The position numbers and the translations under genes are program-made. Below are positions 1-7,972 of a stretch of 33,923 nucleotides of DNA, one piece after another. The stretch is from contig JANPBN010000097.1 of NCBI GenBank assembly GCA_031430415.1, positions 1 through 33,923 of the forward strand, read 5' to 3'. How positions within the stretch are numbered: the first letter of the stretch is position 1; each line of letters starts with the position of its first letter. Source of the stretch: Dehalococcoidia bacterium. GTDB taxonomy: Bacteria > Chloroflexota > Dehalococcoidia > DSTF01 > JACRBR01. The notes beneath the pieces are model-generated. The model did no database searches. It had not been told where the DNA came from and worked only from the letters and a program-made list of their open reading frames with translations.

Positions 1-101
1 TGTTCGCGCAGGTGGCGCGGGAGAACGCCGAGCGGCGAATGTCGGGGGCGGCGCAGGAGGGACTGGCGTTGGCGCTGGATCCGGCGACGTACGCTGGATA
101 G
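1..101 (+). CDS. 3' end of a gene that starts left of the window (product unknown)
   Basis: Frame 3 is open from the window edge (FAQVARENAERRMSGAAQEGLALALDPATYAG) to a TAG at about 99..101. Only about 32 codons are visible and no motif was recognised. Confidence 0.25.
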   Translation, partial: FAQVARENAERRMSGAAQEGLALALDPATYAG

Positions 102-238
102 GACTCAGGGCCGAGGTTCCCGGCTCGATCCTGCCGAAGTCAATGTTGCCGGGCACACGATGTCGGGTTTTTGGTACGAGGCATACTAGTCCAAGGTGCG
201 TAACGGGCTCGCCCGAACACGATTTGGTCGTGGTGTCG

Positions 239-874
239 TCAGCATCCCCATCCAAGCCGCCTTTGCAAGCCGCCGGCGCTCCACTGGGGGTTGGCGACGA
301 TTGGGCTCGTGACGCCGAGTTGACACTCTGCGCCGTCCAGCATCCGGTCACCGTCGGTGTCGGCCAGAAGCGCGTCGGTGGAGATGCCGCTACACGCCGC
401 TCCAGTGGCTTCCTCTTGATCCGAGAGCCCATCATTGTCGTCATCCGGATCGCACGCGTCACCAGAAGCGTCCGAGTGAGGTTGCGTGAAGTCATCGAAC
501 GCCTTCGCCGGATGAAGGTCCACGAGGTCGCCGTCGGTGTTCAGCTGAATCGGGTTCGGCGCGACCGGGCAGTTGTCCTGCGATACGTTGGTGTTCAAGC
601 CAGTGTGGGTCGCGGACGGTACGTCCAGAAGGCCGTCAGCGTCGGTGTCAGCCCTGCACGGATCAGTGCCAACCACGACTTCGTCCGCGTCCGTCAGTCC
701 GTCGCCGTCGACGTCGCCCGCTGGGTCCGGAAGACCGAACGGGCATCCCGCGGTGATCGTGCCTGACGATTCTCGAACGTTCGTCCACCCCGCCGAAGAT
801 GCGGTACTGACTAGTGCGACGACAATGGCAACGGCCAAGGCGCATGCCGTATATCCAACGGTCAGTCGCGACAT
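239..874 (-). CDS. Secreted calcium-binding repeat protein (thrombospondin type-3-like DxDxDG loops) with a TasA/alternate-type signal peptide
   Basis: 211-aa ORF with an N-terminal hydrophobic segment (ACALAVAIVVALV). This is followed by SAGWTNVRESSGTITAG, which resembles the SipW-cognate/actinobacterial alternate-type signal motif (..W/F.D....SGN/T...AG). Acidic loops: DVDGDGLTDADE, DTDADGLLD, DDDNDGLSDQEE, DTDGDRMLDGAE. The start abuts the stop of the ORF at 875. Confidence 0.75.
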   Translation of the reverse strand: MSRLTVGYTACALAVAIVVALVSTASSAGWTNVRESSGTITAGCPFGLPDPAGDVDGDGLTDADEVVVGTDPCRADTDADGLLDVPSATHTGLNTNVSQDNCPVAPNPIQLNTDGDLVDLHPAKAFDDFTQPHSDASGDACDPDDDNDGLSDQEEATGAACSGISTDALLADTDGDRMLDGAECQLGVTSPIVANPQWSAGGLQRRLGWGC

Positions 875-1177
875 CTAGTGAATCTCCGCGGTCCAGCTGA
901 CTGACACCGCCCAAACGTTGCCAGCGCATTCCACCGGGAATGAGCTCGGCACCGAAACGGTAAGTTGCACCTGTTCGCTGCTGTAGGAAGACACGTGAAC
1001 CGTGTACCAATAACCACCTTGGCTCAGCGCCGGCAGCGGCTGAGGGGAACTACCAAGAAGGTGGTCGTCTTGAGTACTGAAGTTCGTGAGGTTGCTGATA
1101 ACAATCGAGAAATCGGGGTTGCTGCTGCAATCACCGCCCAGGTCGTCCAGCTCCGTGAACAAGGGAACCACGGTCAC
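875..1177 (-). CDS. C-terminal half of a TasA/camelysin-like secreted protein (probably frameshift-separated from 1191..1484)
   Basis: 100-aa ORF with a GTG start and no signal peptide of its own; the sequence is beta-rich. Its frame stays open upstream to a TAA at 1205..1207, reading NNSDSAWDL. Removing one A of the A4 run (1203..1206) would join this to the 1191..1484 ORF. Confidence 0.5.
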   Translation of the reverse strand: MTVVPLFTELDDLGGDCSSNPDFSIVISNLTNFSTQDDHLLGSSPQPLPALSQGGYWYTVHVSSYSSEQVQLTVSVPSSFPVECAGNVWAVSVSWTAEIH

Positions 1178-1190
1178 CAGGTCCCAAGCA

Positions 1191-1484
1191 CTATCGCTGT
1201 TGTTTTACAAGGCTGAGCGTCCAAGTGCGCCCTCCTCCGCCCGGCAGGAGCTGCTCATCATTCTCGAAGATGATCTCGTCAGCTCCACTGTCGTCACCAC
1301 CGTTGCAGGGCCCGCCGAAGTTTTGATACCACTCGCACACGTACAGGAGATCCGGCGACATACTGACGCTGATGTTGCCGCTGGCCGTCGGCGTGTCCGT
1401 CCACCCCGCCGCCACGATGGTCGTGACCGCCGCCGCGCTGGCAAGTCCCGCGACGGCCAACACCGTCCCTACTAACCGTCTCAT
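1191..1484 (-). CDS. N-terminal half of a TasA/camelysin-like secreted protein (signal peptide plus alternate-type motif)
   Basis: 97-aa ORF with GGGGAGG upstream of the ATG. Signal-like MRRLVGTVLAVAGLASAAAVTTIVAAGWTDTPTASGNISV matches the ..WTD.....SGN.. motif of TasA/alternate-type signal peptides. It ends abruptly (..TWTLSLVKQQR*) 13 nt before the next ORF. Confidence 0.6.
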   Translation of the reverse strand: MRRLVGTVLAVAGLASAAAVTTIVAAGWTDTPTASGNISVSMSPDLLYVCEWYQNFGGPCNGGDDSGADEIIFENDEQLLPGGGGRTWTLSLVKQQR

Positions 1485-1623
1485 GTTCGCCTCCCCGGTC
1501 GGTCGCGCCCGGCGGCCAACGACTAGAAGATTAACGTGAAGCGAAGCGTAGGCCGGATAAGGGCCAGCGTCTAGGGCCTGTCGGTCAAGTTCGGGAGGAA
1601 ATCGGCACGCTCCGAAGCCGGTA

Positions 1624-1794
1624 TTAGCGCGCGGTGGAAGCCACGACGAACCTCTCCAACTCCGCTCGGCTGATGCGGACCGTGCGCTTCGTCAGGCGGG
1701 TGGGTTTCAGCCGACCCGCTCTGCACAACGCCCAGTTCGCCGGCGCCGTCGCGAACGTCGCGTAGTCGGCGACGGTCTCAGAGTCCGTGTTGCG
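1624..1794 (-). pseudogene. Possible remnant of an excisionase/MerR-type helix-turn-helix gene (no usable start codon)
   Basis: The stop-to-stop frame reads RNTDSETVADYATFATAPANWALCRAGRLKPTRLTKRTVRISRAELERFVVASTAR*. The second half resembles the excisionase HTH pattern (..sGelpa.r.G.r.vrI.r.dLe.F.). There is no ATG/GTG near its 5' end. Confidence 0.2.
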
Positions 1795-1804
1795 TCATGG
1801 TAAG

Positions 1805-2068
1805 TCACGCGTCAACCACGTCCCGGACGCCGCACAGCGCGCCCGTGTGTGTATCGCCGTCCTTGGTGATGTCGAAGTCCACGATGTAGTTCGGCCCGAT
1901 CGATGCACCGACGCTCTGCGCCACTTGGGACAGATTTACCGCATTGACGGTCGTTTCGGCGTTGATCGGGGCGACTTCCTTGCCATCGCTGCACGTGTCG
2001 CCATCCGTTTTCAGGACGCTCGGGTCGGTGTTGTAGTGGCAGATCTCGCGCGCGTTGCCAAGCCGCTA
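1805..2068 (-). pseudogene. C-terminal fragment of a calcium-binding/dockerin-like secreted protein (no start codon; preceded by an in-frame TAG)
   Basis: The frame is absent from the ORF track because it has no Met. It reads RLGNAREICHYNTDPSVLKTDGDTCSDGKEVAPINAETTVNAVNLSQVAQSVGASIGPNYIVDFDITKDGDTHTGALCGVRDVVDA*. It shows coding-like GC3 and DGD/DxDxxxDG loops similar to neighbouring secreted proteins. Confidence 0.3.
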
Positions 2069-2196
2069 GGCACGACCTCTAGCGTCCGCCGAGCGCACAA
2101 GGCGTCCCCTCAGCTTCGCAGCTCGGAACGCGGGACATAAGCGATTGCCCATAACAACCGCACGTATCTGTTGTTCTCTTGCACAATCGTATTCGG

Positions 2197-2229
2197 CTTA
2201 ACCGCGGGCTAACCACGGAGGCGTATCGT
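2197..2229 (+). promoter_or_regulatory. SARP-type promoter: heptamer direct repeat (11-bp period) plus -10 box upstream of the repeat-protein gene
   Basis: CTTAACC(2197-2203)-GCGG-GCTAACC(2208-2214)-ACGGAGGCG-TATCGT(2224-2229). The geometry matches the three minus-strand sites at 24032, 30497 and 30796. It lies about 60 nt upstream of the ATG at 2291. Confidence 0.55.
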
Positions 2230-2290
2230 GGTGTCTGCCGGGGTTCCGACCGGTGGGCTACGCGCATATCGTGGAATCAGGAGAGAGCCA

Positions 2291-3349
2291 ATGCTGAACA
2301 ACATCTACCGACGGCTGGGCATGATGCTTATCGCCATCGCGGCGACGGGAGCGCTTATCCTCGGCGCCGCGTCACCGGCGTTCGCGGCAGACAGCGACGG
2401 GGACGGACTACAGGACGCAGACGAAGCGACGTACGGAACCAACCCTGCCGATCCCGACTCCGATGACGACGGACTCGTCGACGGCATCGAGGTTCTGTTT
2501 ACGCTGGATCCGCTGGACCCAGATACTGACGATGACGGCCTCAACGACGGGATCGAGGCAGTGTATGGCCTCAACCCGCTGGATTCCGATACCGACAACG
2601 ACGGACTGAGCGACGGCGATGAAGCGCTCGTGTACAACACGAACCCGCTGCTGGTCGACAGCGACAGCGACTACATCTCTGACGGGGATGAAGTCAACGT
2701 CTACGGAACGGATCCCAACGACCCGGACACGGACGGGGACGGCCTCTACGACATTTCTGAGATCGTTACCTATGGCACGGACCCGACCGACGCGGACAGT
2801 GATGACGACGGTCTCGATGATGGCATTGAGGTGTTCTTCGGCACGGACCCGAACGACGCTGACACGGACAACGACGGCCTGAGCGATGGCGACGAAGCGT
2901 ACGTGTATCACACGAATCCCTTCGATACGGACACGGACGACGACGGCTTGCAGGACGGCTTCGAAGTGGAAGTCGGCACGGACCCCGCTGACAGCGATTC
3001 CGACAACGATGCCATCAAGGACGGCGCGGATGTCGAGTTCGTGCAGACGGTGCTTCAGGGCATCTCGGACACGGTGTTCAAGAACGAGACGAACAAGGGT
3101 TCATGGCTATCGGAGCTCGACACAATCGAGAACTACATCCGGCTCGCCGTGTACCTCGACGCAATCGGTGCGGGCCCGTACGCGGAAGGTGTCGAGGCGC
3201 TGGCACTCGGTAAACTGAACGCGATTCTGCAGCACACCAACGGCTGCCCGACGGTACCGGATCAGAACGACAAGATCCTCGACTGCAACGCTCAGGCCGA
3301 GTTCCGGCCCGTGCTCCAGTTGCTCATATCGAACGTGACAGCGCTGTAA
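2291..3349 (+). CDS. Secreted protein with 10 tandem thrombospondin type-3-like calcium-binding repeats and a Cys-containing helical C-terminal module
   Basis: ATG at 2291 is preceded by AGGAGAGAG; the ORF-track start at 2228 lacks an RBS. Signal peptide MLNNIYRRLGMMLIAIAATGALILGAASPAFA/AD. Ten 22-23-aa repeats follow, of the form D[ST]D.DGL.DG.E...YGT[DN]P.D. The C-terminal ~100 aa are non-repetitive. Confidence 0.9.
   Translation: MLNNIYRRLGMMLIAIAATGALILGAASPAFAADSDGDGLQDADEATYGTNPADPDSDDDGLVDGIEVLFTLDPLDPDTDDDGLNDGIEAVYGLNPLDSDTDNDGLSDGDEALVYNTNPLLVDSDSDYISDGDEVNVYGTDPNDPDTDGDGLYDISEIVTYGTDPTDADSDDDGLDDGIEVFFGTDPNDADTDNDGLSDGDEAYVYHTNPFDTDTDDDGLQDGFEVEVGTDPADSDSDNDAIKDGADVEFVQTVLQGISDTVFKNETNKGSWLSELDTIENYIRLAVYLDAIGAGPYAEGVEALALGKLNAILQHTNGCPTVPDQNDKILDCNAQAEFRPVLQLLISNVTAL
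2390..3040 (+). repeat. In-frame tandem repeat array (about 66-69 bp unit, 10 copies) encoding the DxDxDG calcium-binding loops
   Basis: Repeats were read directly from the translation: DSDGDGLQDADEATYGTNPADP, DSDDDGLVDGIEVLFTLDPLDP, DTDDDGLNDGIEAVYGLNPLDS and so on, down to DSDNDAIKDGADVEF. Confidence 0.9.
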
Positions 3350-3371
3350 GGGCGCGGACACGAGAACTCTC

Positions 3372-3400
3372 GAAGGGGCGAAGCTTAAGGCTTCGCCCCT
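3372..3400. terminator. Bidirectional stem-loop between convergent genes
   Basis: AAGGGGCGAAGC (3372-3383), loop TTAAG, GCTTCGCCCCTT (3389-3400) form a perfect 12-bp GC-rich stem, followed by TTTC on the plus strand. It overlaps the stop codon of the minus-strand GT4 gene. Confidence 0.7.
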
Positions 3401-4527
3401 TTCTCATATACATCGCGATACACCTCCAGGTGGCGCGCGACACACCGCGTCCACGTCCACAAGCGTGCGCGTTCGGCGCCCGCGGCGACGAGACCGCGCC
3501 GCCGATCGCTGGAGCCGAGAACCTCGCGTATTGAGGCGGCGATTTCACCTTCGTTCGATGGGTTGAAGTACACGGCTGCATCACCCAAAACCTCGCGGAT
3601 CGCCGGCAGGTCGGACGCGACGACGGGCACGCCGCACGCGGCTGCCTGGAGAGGAGGCAGTCCGAATCCCTCGGCGAGCGAGGGAAACAAGAGCATCTCG
3701 GCATGCGTGTAGAGCGACCGGATGGTGGCGTCATCCAGCCCGTGCGCCAGTCGGACGCGTGGCGCGCACTCGAGCATGGCGACGAACTCCTCGATTGCCG
3801 CGGCGTGACCGGAGCCGGCATCGACGATCGCGACGAAGGAGTGGTGGAGTTCGCGCCTGGCGACGGCGTCGAACGCGACGAGGGCGCGGCGCAGGTTCTT
3901 GCGCGGCTCAAAGGATCCCGCGAAGAGCACGTACGGCTTGGCCAGACCCAGCGTTAGTAGGGGCGATGGGTCGGGGTTTGGAGCGAATGCGACGCCATTG
4001 GGTATCACCTCAATCCGCGACTCGGTTGCGCTCGTGACGGTCGTGATTTGTTTTCGCGAATCTTCGGAGACGGTGATCACGCGCGCGCTTCTAATGGCGC
4101 GGCGCAGGTTCCAACGATAGAACGCGCGGAGCCTCCACGGGAGGTCGGTGCCGTACAGGGTGAGCGGAATCACGTCGTGCACGGTCGTGATAACGGGGCA
4201 GTCCATTCCTGGAACGGGCGGCATGGACGCGCGGACGTGTGTTGCCGGTGCGTGGAAGAGGTCGAGATGATCGGCGGCGCCGGCACGGCGCAGCGTCCAC
4301 AACCGCGTTGCAATCGCGCCGAGCTTTTGTGGCGCCCTGGTGGACGGAGCGCGCCACGCCACGACGTCGGGCAGCCAAGCGGGTCGCGGTTCGCCCGGTG
4401 CGCCATAGGCGACGACCTCGACGCCGCCGATCGTGGCGAGACCGGAGATCAGGTGCTGCGCGTATTGCCCCATCCCGGTGAACAGCGTGGTGCCGGACAA
4501 TCCCCAGGCGTCGAATCCGATGCGCAT
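3385..4527 (-). CDS. Glycosyltransferase family 4 (GT-B fold); last gene of the cluster
   Basis: 380 aa. N-terminus MRIGFDAWGL is typical of GT4. The C-terminal donor-binding motif FPSLAEGFGLPPLQAAACGVPVVASD carries the E(x7)E signature. Confidence 0.9.
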   Translation of the reverse strand: MRIGFDAWGLSGTTLFTGMGQYAQHLISGLATIGGVEVVAYGAPGEPRPAWLPDVVAWRAPSTRAPQKLGAIATRLWTLRRAGAADHLDLFHAPATHVRASMPPVPGMDCPVITTVHDVIPLTLYGTDLPWRLRAFYRWNLRRAIRSARVITVSEDSRKQITTVTSATESRIEVIPNGVAFAPNPDPSPLLTLGLAKPYVLFAGSFEPRKNLRRALVAFDAVARRELHHSFVAIVDAGSGHAAAIEEFVAMLECAPRVRLAHGLDDATIRSLYTHAEMLLFPSLAEGFGLPPLQAAACGVPVVASDLPAIREVLGDAAVYFNPSNEGEIAASIREVLGSSDRRRGLVAAGAERARLWTWTRCVARHLEVYRDVYEKGAKP

Positions 4528-4530
4528 TCG

Positions 4531-5688
4531 CTAGGTGCGCACGCGCGGGCGCGCGCCGATCTCGTCGATGTGTTCGTCGATGCGGTGGGTGAAGGTGTCC
4601 CAACTGAACTGCGCGGCCCGCCCGCGAGCCTGTACGCCCATGCGATCGAGCGCGCAGTCACTCATCGCCTCCATGGCGCGCATAGCGCCGGCAAAGGCAG
4701 GCGCTGTATCTGGCAGCAAGAGGCCGGTGTGTCCGTCGACGACGGTTTCTCGTGGACCACCTCTGTCCGTCGCGAGCACCGGCTTGCCGCAGGCCATCGC
4801 TTCCAACGGTACAAGACCGAGGTCCTCGTTGAGTGCCGGATGAACCACCGCGTGGCTTCGCTGATAGAGGTGGACGAGTTCGTCATCACCCGGATTAGGG
4901 ACGAAACTGACGTCGGGGCGATCCGCCGCCAATGCGCGAAGATGACCAAGATAGGGTTCGCTCTTGCGGTCGACCATCCCGGCGATCACCAGCCTGAACG
5001 CATTGTCCGCCGGCCGGGGCTTGAAGAGTGTCCAGGCTTCGAGTGCCAACTCGACGTTCTTCGTCCACATGATGCGCCCGGGCACGAGGAAATAGGCATC
5101 GCGCGCACCGCCTGGGAGGAAACGGTCGCAATCGACGCCGTGGTAGGCGACTTCCACCCGGTCTGGGCTGACGAGGTTCGCGTCGAGCACGCGCCGCATG
5201 GTCTCGCGGCTGTTACAGAAGACTCTCGCGTAGCGCCGCCAGGCTGGCCGTTCGAGCCGAGCGTACAGCGTTGTCGCAAAGCGTTGCGGCAGATGCCGGC
5301 CATTCTGGAAGTACTGGCTGCGTGTCGCTTGGTCGTAGACGATTTTGAGCGGCGTCAGGCAGACGCAGGATGTCGGCACGGTCGTGCGAAGCGCAGTCAG
5401 ATTGCCAAGTCCTTCGCTGACGACGACCATAGCGTCGTGCGGCGTTGTATCGATCTTCTGGGTGAGGAGCGTGGCGCCGGCGCACGCGACATCGAGCAGG
5501 GAACGCCGCACCGAGACCTCGCGCAGCAGGCGGATGGGCATGCGCTGGAACTCCGGGAACGTGGCCTCCGGTTCGTAACGGTTGGTATAGAGCGTCCAGT
5601 CGTGGCGGCTGCGTGACATGAGTTCGAGTAGCGTGCGCTCAGCGCCGCCCTTGAGGTACACCCACGGATAGTAAAGTGCGGGTCTCAT
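4531..5688 (-). CDS. Glycosyltransferase family 4
   Basis: 385 aa. Motif HPALNEDLGLVPLEAMACGKPVLATDRGGPRETV. The ATG overlaps the upstream stop (ATGA at 5685-5688). Confidence 0.9.
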   Translation of the reverse strand: MRPALYYPWVYLKGGAERTLLELMSRSRHDWTLYTNRYEPEATFPEFQRMPIRLLREVSVRRSLLDVACAGATLLTQKIDTTPHDAMVVVSEGLGNLTALRTTVPTSCVCLTPLKIVYDQATRSQYFQNGRHLPQRFATTLYARLERPAWRRYARVFCNSRETMRRVLDANLVSPDRVEVAYHGVDCDRFLPGGARDAYFLVPGRIMWTKNVELALEAWTLFKPRPADNAFRLVIAGMVDRKSEPYLGHLRALAADRPDVSFVPNPGDDELVHLYQRSHAVVHPALNEDLGLVPLEAMACGKPVLATDRGGPRETVVDGHTGLLLPDTAPAFAGAMRAMEAMSDCALDRMGVQARGRAAQFSWDTFTHRIDEHIDEIGARPRVRT

Positions 5689-6866
5689 CGAGCTGCCTCA
5701 CGATAGACCTGGATCATCTCATCTGCGACGGCGTCCCAGCGGAAGCGCGCTGCATGGGCCAATCCGGCATTGGCGAGGCGCTCGTGCCGCCCGCGGTGGG
5801 TGAGCACAGAAGCGATCGTGTCGGCAAGCGCCTTCTCGTCCTCGGGATGGACGGTTGCCGCGGCAGGGCCGGCGATTTCGGCCAGCGCTGTGGTGCTGGA
5901 TGTGATGACGGGCGTGCCGCATGCCATCGCTTCGAGTGGCGGCAGTCCGTACCCCTCGTGAAGCGATGGATATGCGAAGACGTCTGCACCGGCGTACGCT
6001 GCAGGCAACTCCGCATCGTCGACATACCCGATGAATTGGATGCGGTCGCGCACGGCTGACTGCTCGTAGGCCGCGCGCACAGGGCCGGTTTTCCAGCCGC
6101 TCGCCCCTGCAATAACGAGGTGGTGCGGAAGGCCCTCCCGCCGCACGGCGACCTCGAACGACCGTATGAGCCGCGCAAGATTCTTCCGTGGCTCAACCGT
6201 ACCCACAAAAAGCACGTACGGCGTGGAAATCTTGCAGCGCGCGCGGAACGCTTCCACGGCGGAGCGTTCCTGAGGCATGAAGCGACTGCTTATGCCTTCA
6301 CCAACGATGCGGATCTTTGGTCGCACCGAGGGGAAGCGGGCGGCGAGTCGCTCCCCCGTGTAGGACGAAACGCACACGACGCGCGTGGCCTTCCGCATGG
6401 CGATCGCGGTGAGGACGCTGAGGTAGAGGTGCGATCGCAGGCGGTGCACAGAGCGGTCGAGGAACGCCATGTCGTGCACGGTGACGACGGATGGGCAGCG
6501 CAGCGCCACGGGCAGGATGTAGTTCGGCGAGTGGTAGACGTCGGGCTCGGTTCGGCGGACACCAAACGGAACGACGCACTGTTCCCATAGCGCGCGTGTG
6601 TATTCGTTTGGGGTAGGGAACGGCGCCCGCCTCCGCGTGATGGGAAGTGCGTCTAGCCCGTCGTCGGCCCTCGTCAGGAAGACATCCAGGCGCACACCAT
6701 CTGCCGTGGCCAGTGCGCGGATGAGCTCGTCGGTGTATCGCACTACACCCGAGAACTGGCCCCGAAGCGAGCGCCCCATCATTGCCACTCTCAGCGGCGC
6801 GATGTCATGCTCGATCCGGGATTCATCCGCAGCGAAGGGGCGATCGGTCGGCAGTGCGATGATCAT
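5685..6866 (-). CDS. Glycosyltransferase family 4
   Basis: Motif YPSLHEGYGLPPLEAMACGTPVITS. Start chosen at the internal ATG (MIIALPTD..), which forms an ATGA overlap with the stop of the GH99-like gene. The longer track ORF (to 6983) adds an Arg-rich extension that would overlap that gene by about 120 nt. Confidence 0.85.
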   Translation of the reverse strand: MIIALPTDRPFAADESRIEHDIAPLRVAMMGRSLRGQFSGVVRYTDELIRALATADGVRLDVFLTRADDGLDALPITRRRAPFPTPNEYTRALWEQCVVPFGVRRTEPDVYHSPNYILPVALRCPSVVTVHDMAFLDRSVHRLRSHLYLSVLTAIAMRKATRVVCVSSYTGERLAARFPSVRPKIRIVGEGISSRFMPQERSAVEAFRARCKISTPYVLFVGTVEPRKNLARLIRSFEVAVRREGLPHHLVIAGASGWKTGPVRAAYEQSAVRDRIQFIGYVDDAELPAAYAGADVFAYPSLHEGYGLPPLEAMACGTPVITSSTTALAEIAGPAAATVHPEDEKALADTIASVLTHRGRHERLANAGLAHAARFRWDAVADEMIQVYREAAR

Positions 6867-7972
6867 GGCGACGCACCGGGCATCGCTTTGAATCGGTCGA
6901 GGTAGCGCCGTGTGATCGCGATGTACTGGCGACCGAACTCGTCCGAATCGGCGATGTCGCTCGCCTCGTGAAACTCGTTCCATGTCTCGATGACGATCGT
7001 CCTCGCGCCGGTGTTCAACGCGCCTTCAAAGTTGCGCTCGTAGAACCGGCCATTCTCTCGATCCGCGAACCGTCCGCTGCGACCGGGACCGTCCAGCTCG
7101 CGCTCGTCGTATCCGGGGCCGACAGCGGCAATACTCGAACCGATGTCGCGAAACCCGGTCAGTGACGCGCCCCAGGCGTAGAATCCGTCCAGGTGTATCG
7201 GCCGTGACGGATCGAGCCCGCCATCGCCGACGTCGGTCGCAAATCGCCAGCTCGCCTCGGCGACGATGTAGGGTCGCACGCCGAAGTCCTCCTCGAACCG
7301 GCGCGAGACGTAGTCGAACAACTCCTGATCGAACGAGATCTCGAACCACGAAGCCCACATCCAGAGCGCCGGACGGCCGGAAACCATGGCCCACTGATCT
7401 CGCGGCAGGATGGAGTAGAAGGTGTTGATGAGGCTATAGAAACGGCGCTGATTGTCGGGGTTCGTAAAGTCGCGTTGCCCCTTCGGCCAGCGGCCGATGA
7501 GCCCTGTATCGAGGAACATGGCAATCTGAGGCGGATCCCCGCCTTCGGCTGACATGGCAGCCGCCGCACGCGACATGTTGGCGAGTCCCACGTCGCTCGA
7601 CGGCTCGGCATCGCCCCAGTAGACGGCGAGGGCGACATCGATGCCGGCGTCGGTCATGTCCGCGAATTGCTTCTTGAACCAGTCGGCGTTCCGGTAGCTC
7701 GCGTTCGGCTCGGCCGGGCGATCGGTGAGGGCGCCGTTGTGGGGGCCATCCGGCAAGTCGTACCAGTAGTAGAAATAGGTGTATGCCTGCCGTGGCTGGC
7801 TCGAATCGGGCGTTGCTTCGGCGAACGGCGGAAGCGCGACCGGTGGGCGGCTTCGCTTGGCCGAGGCGGAGACGCCCCAGAGTACGAAAAACGCCACGAC
7901 CAGGACGCCGCCAATGATGATCCAGCGCCGCCAGCGGTTCCGCCGTGTCGTCCCGCGCTCCATGAACGTCAC
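6863..7972 (-). CDS. Membrane-anchored GH99-like glycoside hydrolase (endo-alpha-mannosidase/mannanase family homologue)
   Basis: GTG start in a GTGA overlap with the upstream GT4. Basic N-terminus plus a single TM (WIIIGGVLVVAFFVLWGV). Blocks line up with GH99: YTYFYYWYDLPDG (FYYSWYGNPQFDG), GIDVALAVYWGD, LDGFYAWGASLTGF (FDGIYTYFATNGF), AAVGPGYDE (PSVGPGYID), IETWNEFHEASDI (ITSFNEWHEGTQIE). Both Glu of the N-E-x-H-E motif are present. Confidence 0.7.
   Translation of the reverse strand: MTFMERGTTRRNRWRRWIIIGGVLVVAFFVLWGVSASAKRSRPPVALPPFAEATPDSSQPRQAYTYFYYWYDLPDGPHNGALTDRPAEPNASYRNADWFKKQFADMTDAGIDVALAVYWGDAEPSSDVGLANMSRAAAAMSAEGGDPPQIAMFLDTGLIGRWPKGQRDFTNPDNQRRFYSLINTFYSILPRDQWAMVSGRPALWMWASWFEISFDQELFDYVSRRFEEDFGVRPYIVAEASWRFATDVGDGGLDPSRPIHLDGFYAWGASLTGFRDIGSSIAAVGPGYDERELDGPGRSGRFADRENGRFYERNFEGALNTGARTIVIETWNEFHEASDIADSDEFGRQYIAITRRYLDRFKAMPGASP

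Noticed and set aside
1529-1546. GATTAAC followed 11 bp later by AGCGAAG upstream of the TasA-like operon
   Set aside because: Only one half resembles the heptamer, and no TAnnnT lies at the required distance (TTGGCC instead). It is not counted as a fifth site.
4048-5616. Long plus-strand ORF (522 aa) antisense to GT4 genes. Similar cases: 143..766, 14017..15069, 16942..17976 and 27777..28901.
   Set aside because: These are shadow ORFs, as expected in GC-rich DNA. They are Arg/Ala/Gly/Pro-rich with no motifs. Each fully overlaps a minus-strand gene that has clear family signatures and RBS or overlap-coupled starts.
5685-6983. N-terminal extensions of several track ORFs (to 6983, 9240, 10427, 12090, 13121, 16116, 17889, 19271, 22977, 28026, 28868, 29890)
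   Set aside because: The extensions are Arg/Pro-rich and overlap the 3' end of the upstream gene by tens to hundreds of nt. They precede internal starts that give canonical family N-termini plus SD sequences or 4-nt ATGA/GTGA overlaps. Shorter starts were therefore used.
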